Positions 21,731-34,127 of a DNA stretch of 64,000 bases are shown in pieces. The translations under genes were made by a program, and so were the position numbers. The stretch is taken from positions 1-64,000 of the forward strand of contig NIVC01001728.1 in NCBI GenBank assembly GCA_002269645.1, written 5' to 3'. How positions within the stretch are numbered: the first letter of the stretch is position 1; every line of letters begins with the position of its first letter. Source of the stretch: Macrostomum lignano (lineage: Eukaryota). Under the pieces are notes generated by a model. It had not been told where the DNA came from, made no database searches, and was given only the letters and a program-made list of their open reading frames with translations.

Positions 21731-22836
21731 CTCTTTCTAATCTACGAGTACGTACGTACAGTACATGTGCATGCAAATGTGAAGTACTCGTACATGCAAA
21801 ATACAAAGTACATTTTTCACGACAGAAAACGGTCGAAAAATAATCTACTCAAAGCTCGAACAGACCGCCAATAAATCTATGGCTTACATGCATTAAGGTC
21901 ATAAAAATTATGTACTTGAATTCTGTTATGCATGCATGTAAAATACGTTTACATGTATATTAGTAATTGAGTTCAGAATTCATACTACCTAAGTGTAGGA
22001 AATCGTGCATAATAGAGCTACTTTATCACAGTTACTTATACCTCTGACGTTTTATCGTCCAAATATGAAGGCCCTCCATCACTCCGTGCCACCATCACTC
22101 GATTCTCTGTCACGCAACGATCAATTTTTTGCTGCAAAAAAAGTTTCTGAGAGCAGTTTAACTGTTAAAATCGCGTTTTTCAATCTGCCACTTTATCTCT
22201 GTTTCTCGTTTGTCCTCAGTAATTGCTGGGGGTCAGCTCTAGCAACTGCTTTGCTTACAAAGCAAAAATGTAAAAAAAAGCATATTGAGCCACTGGCCAC
22301 GTGGCCAGCGACCATTTCACTCAACCAAACAATCGTGCCCTCTATTTTGCAACATTGGATGAAGAGATAGCTATACAAAGTAGAGCAGATAGGATTGAGA
22401 GAAGAGTGCCAGGTCGCTACAGCAAACACAAGCACAAGTCCTGTAATTTATTAGGTTCATATAGAGGGTGCGTGTGCCGCAGTCACGTTTGTTAAAGTGC
22501 GCTTGCTAAAGCACAATAGAGTACGCGATCTATAGTGACACGCTTGCTCTAGTGCGAACTGCGCTTTAGATTGATTATACGCGAGAAAAATGGTTTGGAA
22601 CAAATTTTTTCCGCATTTTGTCAGTTCATCTATATATGGTACATGGCGACCTATATCAGTAGCAATTATTTCCTACATTACTGAGATAAATAAAGAGCTC
22701 CCTCCGCAACATGACTCAAACATTTGTAAATAATTTCAAATTGCTACACTACAGTTCCTTCCATAATTCAATCCAACTCGCGATAATCCGCCCTGGTCTT
22801 GTAGGAAACTACTGCAGTAAAACTTGCGGTACATCA

Positions 22837-23436
<600 letters not shown>

Positions 23437-24886
23437 CTAATAGATTATTCTTCATGCGTTTTCTAACTTTAAAACTTTTTTTGTAAAAAGAATTTACTAA
23501 ACATCCGCCGCAGATTTAAGGGTCTTAACTTCTTAAGCTGTTTCGAATGCATCATTGAAACCATGCGACTTATGCGACTGCAGAATCTGCAGACCCCAAA
23601 TAAAAGGAATGCAATTTAGCAAGCGTAAACCTGTATGAGTGAGACAATGAGAAAATGCAAACGGACAACGATGCAGCTAGCTTGAGCTTGAGTGCAGGCA
23701 GGCTACACACTAATTAACTGAGTTTGCGTGCAGGGAACTCTTTCTATACGGTGTTTTGCTGTTTCAACCGAGATGATGTGTTGGAATCGGTAGAGCGTTA
23801 ATGCTTGGCGCCCCACCACTTCATCGCTACACAGCAAACAATGGAGGAGTTCCATGCAGCCGCAGCAGGCGTGTGAGAAGCAGGCGGTAATTGGAATGGA
23901 TGGAAGATACCCTATGAGAAGCTGCCAGTTCATAAGTGCTCATTAGTACAAGTGTCGTCTTTGTGCCAGACTGGTCAATTAACCAAGCCCAAGTAATGTT
24001 TTGCCATTTAATGCATTGAAGTGCAGCACTCAGGCACTCTGCTTTAATGCTCGAAGGCTAATATCCATAGCTGATGGCTGTGTTTCATGTCTGCTTCAAA
24101 GGAACCCCCTAGCTGTTTCCTTTTTCTGCTTCTTCTTTTGAACTCATCTCAGGAGGACCCCAATAATACGCTCGTAACACGAAATCGCTTTCTAGTTGAT
24201 TAATTATTTATCTAACTCACTCTCAATTCTGTGCTATGTTCATTGCAAATGGGTTTAAAAGTAGAAACTAAAATGACTCATTGAACGCTTCTTTTTCTAG
24301 AAGTCATGCGAACAAGGCACAAAATTATAGAATTCGTTTTTCCTAATTTCCTAAGAGGTTCACATCAAAATCTCTACGGCAAATACGAATCTTCGCTGTA
24401 TCAAGATCTCGTAACAAGCTACGTGTACTTTAATCTGACCCTGGGTAATTATTTTGATGGTCCAAGCACAGTCTGTTACCAAGGACTACGCTCGTACTTA
24501 GCAACACAGGACGTTACACTAGCAAATATGTGTCTACATGGTTTTAGTGGCCTTTTTGCTTGTGAAGCAATGTGTCTAATACATTAATAGAAATTGAAGT
24601 CTAGTGAATTTCCTTTCCTTCCTTTTATGAGCGTGTATTCCAACTAGTAATTTGTATTTTCTCCAAAAGATGAACGAGGTGAACATGCTTAACAAAGAAC
24701 GAAAAAATACCAGAAATAACGGGATTCCTGGATGCGTTTATAAAGTGAAGAAGCAACGAGAAGTAGCTAAGATAGCAACAATAATGATAATATCGAATGA
24801 TAGGAACTACACTTCTTCAATAATTATACTTAATTGCTTGTAGCGCGATTCCTGAACGTGTCTAAAATGTAGAAGCAACACGAAGG

Positions 24887-25811
24887 GGGTCGCCATCATA
24901 AGCGCGCACCGGCACAAGCGCGCCTGTGTATTTTATGTCAAAGTCTGGCACAGGCGCGCAGAGGCATAAGCGCGCACGTTTTGACTTGCACAAGAGCGCG
25001 GTAGAGAGTGCTCAGCATTGGCATAAGCGCGCACCATCACAAGACCGCATTTGGCATAAGCGCGCACCATTACAAGACCGCACTGGCATAAGCGCGCACC
25101 ATCACAAAACCGCATTGGCATAAGCGCGCACCATCACAAGACCGCACTGGCATAAGCGCGCTGTCAGAGTTTGGCACAAGCGCGCACTTCTGGCTCTGTG
25201 TTGCAAAAGCGCGCAGTCAAAGTTTGGCACAAGCGTGCAATGCAATAAATAAAAGCAGTTAAGTTGCTCCATCGTCTGTCACAAATTAGTCGATTGTATT
25301 TGTACGAAGGAAATCGAATTAAAATCCTTTCGACCAGTGCTTTACATGTCTGTTAGAACAAAGATGTAACACCATCTGTCAAAGAAAAAGACTACTGAAG
25401 CGTATAGACTACTGAGCCGATTCTTTTCCCTTCGATTGGCTCCATTTCGTTTCAAACACTCCAACTGCGACTGAGACTGAGATTGTCTTCTTTATCTAAG
25501 TCGCAGTATCTATCGACAGTGTACATGCTTACAATTGTGCGAACTGTGCCTCTGTTTACACCCTAACCCACCACCCCTTGTGCACTACAGCTTTGATTAA
25601 AATTTTTCTACACTATTAAGTCAGTCGCCAAATGAAGTGCGCCCTTGTGCCATAGAGAGTAAATAATGCGCTCTTGCGCCAAAGTCTGACAGCGCGCTTA
25701 TGCCACAAGTGCGCGCCTCTGCCAGTGCGCGCCTCTGCCAGTGCGCGCTTGTGCCAGTGCGCGCCTCTGCTAGTGCGCGCATGTGCCGCTGCGCGCTTAT
25801 GAAGCGTTCCC
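24887..25811. mobile_element. 925-bp non-autonomous TIR element with GGCA(C/T)AAGCGCGC subterminal repeats and 8-bp TSD
   Basis: CACGAAGG at 24879-24886 and 25812-25819. Ends GGGTCGCCATCATAAGCGCGC and GCGCGCTTATGAAGCGTTCCC. Subterminal motif runs forward at 24900-25240 and reversed at 25640-25800. Confidence 0.82.
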
Positions 25812-27319
25812 CACGAAGGCAGCAAAGATGACAAAGTTCAATCCTCAACATGAAAGCATCGAAAAAACCTTGATTAGGAAAGGTTTTCAAGTAAAGTGGT
25901 CAAGTTGGGATATAATATTCACAACTGTCTCACCAAATGTGTCTACTCGTACAATTTGGATGAGACGAATTACTTGGTTGAAAAAATTATGGATGAAGAC
26001 TGTAAATAGGGACGAGCCGGGCTACAAATGCGGATGCCCCAATAAAAGGTTTAACCATAAATGCCAAAACTGTACGTGCAAGCTTATCTGGAGTAATCCT
26101 ATGCGGACGTGACACCCACGAAGACGTACAGAAGGTTGGCAGAGAAGATGTGTCTCGACAATGTTTTGACAGTAGGAATCTGTCCCAACTATGCCGAGGC
26201 TGCCCATGTGCCGTTTGAGAGTCGATGCCCCGCTTGCTTCATTCTAGCATCCTCCGCCCAATGCTTGCCGCGGCATACGCATAAGCTTCATTTTTTTACT
26301 CGTATTTTAAAGAATTTTTCAGAGCAGTACAGTAACAGTTACAGTAAATGATAGATTATCAATGAACTTCAGTCACTCAGCGTCAGCGGTGCCTGGTACT
26401 CGTATGGCCTCAAAGGCAACCTGTTAGCTCTATAATACAGCCTTCCCTTTACCATAACTAAGTGAAACAGGCCAAATATTAGTGCAACTACTACTAGCTG
26501 GGCTGATCGGTTGGTTGGAACGGAAATTTGTTGTAAATTTCCACTCGCAGCCCCTGCCACGGGGTAGAGAAACTGGCCTCGTTTTGGGAGTGGCGGGCGC
26601 CGGCTGGGGTGGTGGATCGGTACGAGAGAGCTGGAGTCGGGCACACCCGCCCCTCCAACCCCACCACCCCATTGCCACCTGGGCACATTTTGTTCAAAAT
26701 CTCTAACTCCGTCAAGTCAGGACGTCAAGCTTTGGGCTTTCCTTGCCGGGCAGTGCACGGGTAGTGCCTGTACGAGTACGTTTACCGTACGCACGTCGCA
26801 CAAGGCACAAAATGGTTTTAAATAGAATAGAATAGTGAGTGCTATTTCAGAGCAGATTGGCAAGAATGCTGGCAAAATATTGTAGCGATCGGTCGGCTCC
26901 GCTCCAAACCCTCTTTCCCTTTCTTTCCTACCTTGCTTAGCATGGCAGTCTGTTGCCAGATCTTGCGTTGAGGCTTTGCATTTCCTATGCGGTGGGTTTG
27001 ACGCACTGTGGAGTGGGTTAGGCTGGCTGGCATCGGACATTGGCTGAGGCCAAGAATGGGGTTGGCCGGATTCTCTCTCCTTACCCCCACCATGCATGTA
27101 GAGATTGTTAACAGATAGATGTACATAGAGTTACAGTCCCCTTCCTCACCCCTGCCCTCTGTAAGTTCTGTCAGTCGGCTAGCTTATATCATTTACAACT
27201 GGCTCTGTATTTGCATACTCGCTTTGCGGCAAGAATCAAAACTGAACAGGCTTTTTCTGTTGAAATAACTAAACAATAGAAAATTTTGTCTTTGTTAGAC
27301 AGCTGACTAACTAACAACA

Positions 27320-29582
27320 ATGCTAGGTATTAATGTCACCAACAAGACTTCCCTGATGGTAAGTTGCTGCCCTCCACCTCATATCATTTCATTTCTAAGT
27401 TAGTTAATAATTTTATGGTGCATCGTACTCTAAGCAAAGAGAATACGAGAAAGTTTTGCCATAGAAGCCCCTTTTGAAACGCTATAGTTAATCGTAGAAA
27501 CTGAGTATAAGTGCAGATAAAAGATCAACATACGTCATATGCACATGGCATGCCTGGCCCGGTAGTTGATCAAAGCTTTAGTTAGACTTTGAAACGGCAA
27601 AGTCAGCACAATGGTGCTACAGCATCAACGCTGCATTAATGCCAAGCTAATCACGGAGGTAACCATTGCTGCATAAAATATTAGAAGCCTATATGAAATT
27701 CCGACGTTGCATTTGACGTTCTTCCCACTTTTAGCGGTACCTGGCCCTACCGCAGCCGGAAGACAAGATCCAGTGTATGTACATCTGGATTGACGGAACT
27801 GGAGAAAACCTGCGGGCCAAGACCAGGACTGTTGATGCCCTGCCGAAGACTGCCAAGGGTGAGTTCAATCATAATTATTTATATAAATTCAACCCAACAT
27901 CGGGGGAAAAGCTGCAAACTGTAAAAAGGTCAGTGAACTTCAAATGTCAGTGAAGTTGTGTGGTTAATTGACACGCGTTGAAAATTACAAAGTTCTGCTG
28001 ACTTCATGAGGGGGGCTTTTAGCCTTGGCATGTGCATTACAAAATCACGTGCTCGCGTGCACTAACAGCTACCGGCAAACAAACACCCTTTGGTGTTCTA
28101 ATCAATGCTTACATTTGTTTTGCCTTCTTGTTCAATTTATTATTGCTAAAGCCTTTTTTGCATTAGCAAACCCTTGTGTGACTGCACCAACTTGCAATTG
28201 ACATTTACACGTAGTTTGGCGTCACGTTCAAGTCGTTTCGGTTATGCGTTGAAGTGAACTTTATATGGTTAATGAACAATAAATAGTATTATTTACTCTT
28301 TCTGCAGAGCTGCCAATCTGGAACTTCGACGGCTCCAGCACCGGCCAGGCGGTCGGCGAGAACTCCGACGTCATGATCCACCCGGTGGCCATGTTCAAGG
28401 ATCCTTTCCGTGGTGGAAAGAATCAGCTGGTGCTGTGCGAGACGTACGCCTACGACGGCAAAGTGCATCCGACTAATAAGCGGCACACCTGCGTGGAGGC
28501 GATGGAAAAAGCCAAGGACTTCAAACCGTGGTTCGGTATTGAGCAGGAGTACACCATGCTGGACACCGATACTCACCCGTTCGGCTGGCCTAAGAACGGC
28601 TTCCCCGGACCGCAGGGTCCTTACTACACTGGTGTCGGCGCCAACAAGGTCTACGGGCGCGATGTGGTTGAGGCGCACTACCGCGCCTGCTTGTACTCTG
28701 GTGTGAAAATTGCTGGCACCAACGCCGAGGTCATGCCAGCCCAGTGGGAATTCCAGGTGCGAATGCAAGGTTGCAGATGTGGTGTGGGACTGTGAGGAAT
28801 AATTATTGGCTTGGCTAGGTCATTACCAACAGAAGCGGATGTTGATGTGGTTTCGATATTGGTACAACCCTTCATTCGTTTCAAAGAACAAGAAGTTAAT
28901 GCGTTTACGCATGAAAATAACGTTACTTTTCCAGGTCGGGCCGTGCGAAGGTATCGAAATGGGCGACCACCTGTGGATTGGCCGTTTCCTTCTGCACCGC
29001 GTTGCCGAAGACTTTGGTATTGTGATCACCTACGACCCCAAGCCGATGCCAGGCGACTGGAACGGTGCCGGAGCGCACTGCAACTACAGCACGCTGGAGA
29101 TGCGCCAGCCGGGTGGCATGAAAGCCATGGTGGCCGCCATCGAGAAGCTGGGCAAGCGCCACGCCACCCACATCCGGGCCTACGATCCCAAGGGCGGGGC
29201 GGATAACAAGCGTCGTTTGACTGGCCTGCACGAGACTTCCAGCATTGAAAATTTCAGTTATGGTAAGAAATTCGGTGGCGAGCTTGAAAAGTCTGCAACA
29301 GCAAGTCAGGTTTCAAAAGCAGTTAGCAAGTACTTTAACAAACTCTAATGCGAACTAATAATTTTAGTCATATTTATTATCAGTAGTTATACACGAGCTA
29401 TGAAAACGATTTCACACCGCACCGCAGGCGTGGCCCACCGCGGCTCCTCCATCCGGATCCCGCGCCAGTGCAGCGACGACGGCTGCGGCTACATCGAGGA
29501 CCGGCGTCCGTCGTCCAACTGCGATCCGTACAGCGTCACCGAGATGCTGGTGCGCACCACCTGCCTGAACGAGACCGACTGA
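27320..29582 (+). CDS. GLUL: Glutamine synthetase type II, paralog 1 (canonical active site)
   Basis: Exons: first exon 27320-27358 ([13 protein letters not shown]) or 27611-27658 ([16 protein letters not shown]), then 27735-27858, 28308-28756, 28935-29262, 29428-29582. All GT-AG with matching phases; ~364-367 aa. Motifs [72 protein letters not shown]. Confidence 0.97.
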
Positions 29583-31242
29583 GCAAGCAAGGCAGCAGCC
29601 GGACCCGGATATTTGAAAAAAACAATCAAACAAAATAACTTAACTTTGAAAAGCGAGTTTACTCAGTCTAATAATCAATTTTAGGCATAAAAACAATCTG
29701 CCCAATTTCAAGTTCTTTACTATCAGCTTCTCATATTTTCGTCTAATCTTGACAGATAGCCATCGCTATACTCAAAATCCGTTTCCATGAAGAGCCAACT
29801 GTTTTTAAATAACCCCTTCTCTTTTTAACCCAGCTTTTCTCGAATAGAAACAACATTGCTGCTTCTCTTGCACGAAATAAAACAAATAAATCGTGTTCCG
29901 TTTAGGTTTTAAATACCAAATAGCAATTTCTTTATCTAATTATTTGTGTTAATAAGTCATTTTCATAGCGATTCTGGAGAGTACATTCGCGCTAAATGTT
30001 AACTCCCGCAACCAAATACTGTTGTAGGCAAGCTATTATAGGTTATCGCCATGTATTAAGTACTCGTATGCAACAACAGCAGACAATTTTGAAGCGAAAA
30101 TCAGGTTTAAACCTATATGATTGCACTAAATTTTCCTTTCCACGGCTATGATGTTCTCTATCCTTTTTAGCAAGAGCATGCTGCTTGAAATAAAGGCTTG
30201 TACTCAAAATCGTAAAATGTATTTGTTCCTGTATGTCGCCATTTTTTTCTCTCGAAAGATAACGGGTTAAACAAAAGAGTTTGTTAACAGCTTCATTCTT
30301 GCGCAAAATTTTCTATCTGGTATAGGCTCTAAAGAGACTTTAATTAAAGAGACTTTTAATACGTTTATTGAGTCGACTCTAATCTTGTATTGGTAACTTG
30401 GACGTCCACAATAAATCTATTAAATGAATTTCCAAACCGCACCATTTCAATTATTAGTGTTTCTCCCATGGCACAATTCGCCATTCGCCATTAAAATGTG
30501 GACTTTTGTTGTTTTTTATTTCAGAAATATCTTCGAAATTTGCATTTGAAAGTAAATAAGCAGACTCGGTCTGTCGTGGAGCTGCAAGTCAGCTGACAAT
30601 GCACACGCCAAACCTGCCAGTGCAGGCTCGAAATAGAAAAAAACAAAAATAATTTAGAAGTGCAGTGCAAATCTAGTTTATATGGGCCAAGTAAATATGC
30701 CAGTGTAACATAGCAAATTGCAACATATGTTTTATGCCAAATCTTTTCTTACAAGAAGAAGCAACGAACACCAGTGACATTTCCGGTCTGGCACGAAAAC
30801 AAACAGCTGCATCATCGGTACGAAATCCTGGCTTTGACGTTCGTGCGTTCAAGAAAAATTTTTCGCTCTTGTAGGACTTCGTTCCTTTTACATTTATACG
30901 GCTTTCCAATTTTTATATTTGCCAAAAATGGCCATAAAATCAAAGTTTAGCCTAATTTTCTTGATTATATATCAATCATTTATAACCGACTGAGTGCTTT
31001 ATCGAGTCACTTTGAAAGGGGATTTCTGTCGAAAGAATTCAAACTTAATCCTGGGGAGAAGAATACATGTATGCTATCTTACGACTTAGGAGTATCTGCA
31101 TGCACGGCGTCTAACTTATTCAGGCTACGACTTAGCAGCCCAAAATAATTTGCTCATAGTGTTTGCGCTTGGGTCACGCTCTTAATGTTGTGGCTGCAAT
31201 TGACCTAAAAAGTTTATTTCTTTGGAACTTTTTTGAGTTCAA

Positions 31243-32146
31243 TGCTGAGATGCCATGGCTCAATGGATAATGCAGAGATGCCATGGCTCAATGGATAATG
31301 CTGAGATGCCATAAGGCTCAGTGGATAATGCTGAGATGCCATGGCTCAATGGATATTGCAGAGATGCCATGGCTCAGTGGATAATGCTGAGAAGCCATGG
31401 CTCAATGGATATTGCAGAGATGCCATGGCTCAATGGATAATGCTGAGATGCCATAAGGCTCAGTGGATAATGCTGAGAAGCCATGGCTCAATGGATATTG
31501 CAGAGATGCCATGGCTCAATGGATAATGCTGAGATGCCATAAGGCTCAGTGGATAATGCTGAGATGCCATGGCTCAATGGATATTGCAGAGATGCCATGG
31601 CTCAGTGGATAATGCTGAGAAGCCATGGCTCAATGGATATTGCAGAGATGCCATGGCTCAATGGATAATGCTGAGATGCCATAAGGCTCAGTGGATAATG
31701 CTGAGAGGCCATGGCTCAATGGATATTGCAGAGATGCCATGGCTCAATGGATAATGCTGAGATGCCATAAGGCTCAGTGGATAATGCTGAGATGCCATGG
31801 CTCAATGGATATTGCAGAGATGCCATGGCTCAGTGGATAATGCTGAGAAGCCATGGCTCAATGGATATTGCAGAGATGCCATGGCTCAATGGATAATGCT
31901 GAGATGCCATAAGGCTCAGTGGATAATGCTGAGATGCCATGGCTCAATGGATATTGCAGAGATGTCATGGCTCAATGGATATTGCAGAGATGCCATGGCT
32001 CAATGGATAATGCTGAGATGCCATAAGGCTCAGTGGATAATGCTGAGATGCCATGGCTCAATGGATATTGCAGAGATGCCATGGCTCAATGGATAATGCT
32101 GAGATGCCATAAGGCTCAGTGGATTATGCTGAGATACCATGGCTCA
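31243..32146. repeat. 28-bp minisatellite (CTGAGATGCCATGGCTCAATGGATAATG)n, array 1
   Basis: About 32 units with higher-order variant blocks. Confidence 0.95.
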
Positions 32147-32932
32147 ATTCTTAGCGTGACTAAATATACAATTTGTGCGAGTGCCGGCGCACCCACCCAG
32201 CCACCAAGAAAGCAACTGGTGTGCACTGAGTTTTGCGAGCTGGGTTGAACGCTGCATGGCAGCAGGTGAGTCAGCCCTGTCTTTACTCCACACGCAACTC
32301 AGCTGAGTGCAGCGCTGCTGGAGACTAGAGTTGGAAAAAGCAGCAGCTCAAATTGGATTTAGCAGTTTGGCAGCAGCTGCTGCAGCAGGCAAGCCATTGT
32401 GGCAGTAAAGAAATTTTTTCTTCCGTTTTTCTGTTTTGCTCTCAAGTCGCGCCAGGGAGAGCAGCGCTAGCAACACATGAATGTAGAGGCAAACTTCTGA
32501 GAAGTTGAAAAGTGGGGGGGGGGGGTGGGGCGCACAAGCAAAAAACAAAGGCCCTGGAAATTAAGCCTATCGGTCTTGAGTGGCCCGTGACGCACTTCTA
32601 TACATTTGCGCACGCAAGTATTTAATTATTTTCAATTGCCCAGGGTTTGTAAACTGTAAATGGGACTTAGCTGAGCTGGCCTGACTGATAGGAAACTATG
32701 AGCAGTGAGCAGTTAGAATTCGTTTTAATCAGCAATTCAGCGATTGTAATTCTGCGAGTTGCTCAAGCAACAGTCCAGCATGCTGCTGTTGCGTACGCAA
32801 GAGTGAGGCCACCGGCCCTACAAAGATTGCACTCCAGCAAAAACTGAATGAAAGAGTTAACCCAGCTCAACAAATTAAATGAGCTTAATATACATTTACC
32901 AAACAAAGCTTTAGAGGCTTAAGGGTGCTGAT

Positions 32933-33695
32933 CAGATGCCATGGCTCAAGGGATAATGCTGAGATGCCATGGCTCCCGGGATAATGCTGAGAAGCCATGG
33001 CTCCTGGGATAATGCTGAGAAGCCATGGCTCAATGGATAATGCTGAGAAGCCATGGCTCAATGGATAATGTTGAGATGCCATGGCTAAATGGATAATGCT
33101 GAGATGCCATTGCTCAAGAGATAATGCTGAGATGCCATGGCTCAATGGATAATGCTGAGATGCCATGGCTCAATGGATAATGCTGAGATGCCATAGCTCA
33201 AGGGATAATGCTGAGATGCCATGGCTCAATGGATAATGCTGAGATGCCATGGCTCAAAGGATAATGCTGAGATGCCATAGCTCAATGGATATAATGCTGA
33301 GATGCCATAGCTCAAGGGATAATGGTGAGATGCAATGGCTCAAAGGATAATGCTGAGATGCCATGGCTCAATGGATAATGCTGAGATGCCATGGCTCAAT
33401 GGATAATGCTGAGATGCCATGGCTCAATGGATATTGCAGAGATGCCATGGCTCAATGGATAATGCTGAGATGCCATAGCTCAATGGATAATGCTGAGATG
33501 CCATAGCTCAAAGGATAATGCTGAGATGCCATAGCTCAATGGATAATGCTGAGATGCCATGGCTCAAGGGATAATGCTGAGATGCCATAGCTCAAAGGAT
33601 AATGCTGAGATGCCATAGCTCAATGGATAATGCTGAGATGCCATAGCTGATAGCTCAATGGATATAATGCTGAGATGCCATGGCTCAAGGGATAA
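32933..33695. repeat. 28-bp minisatellite, array 2 (same monomer and orientation as array 1)
   Basis: About 27 units, separated from array 1 by ~790 bp of unique sequence. Confidence 0.95.
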
Positions 33696-34127
33696 ATGCT
33701 AAGACACGGCAAGGTTAAAACAAGCTCTATATTGTACATTTAGTAGCGAAAAAACGGCCCATTCACAGCTCAGTCCAGACCTCTAACTTAAGGCGTCCCT
33801 GGCGGCAATGCAAAGCCGGTGTTCCACTGGTGGGGGAGGGGTTGGAAAGAGAGAGAAAAAATCCGCTTCGCTCCGCCCGGCAGTCACATGACACAACTGT
33901 ACATTAGCCGGGAGGGGTTCGCAGTGCCTAGACAGGGCAGAACTGTACGTCCAATACTTTGGGGGCTTGGCTTAAATATCTGTACCAATGTGTGGCCCGG
34001 CAAGACGAATTTGGTATTTAGTGCGCTCCCACTACCAAAAGCTGGACAAAAAAGGCATTGCCAGATATTTTTTGTAAAGCAAAGTTTTGATTTGTTAAAC
34101 TTTTCATTAACAAGAAAAAGAAGCGTC

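Noticed and set aside
23540-24600. Short ORFs and decayed coding-like stretch
   Set aside because: Interrupted by stops, with no recognisable motif or splice structure.
32580-32680. CRE-, C/EBP- and Fox-like motifs upstream of GS-2
   Set aside because: Short motifs expected by chance; no conservation data available.
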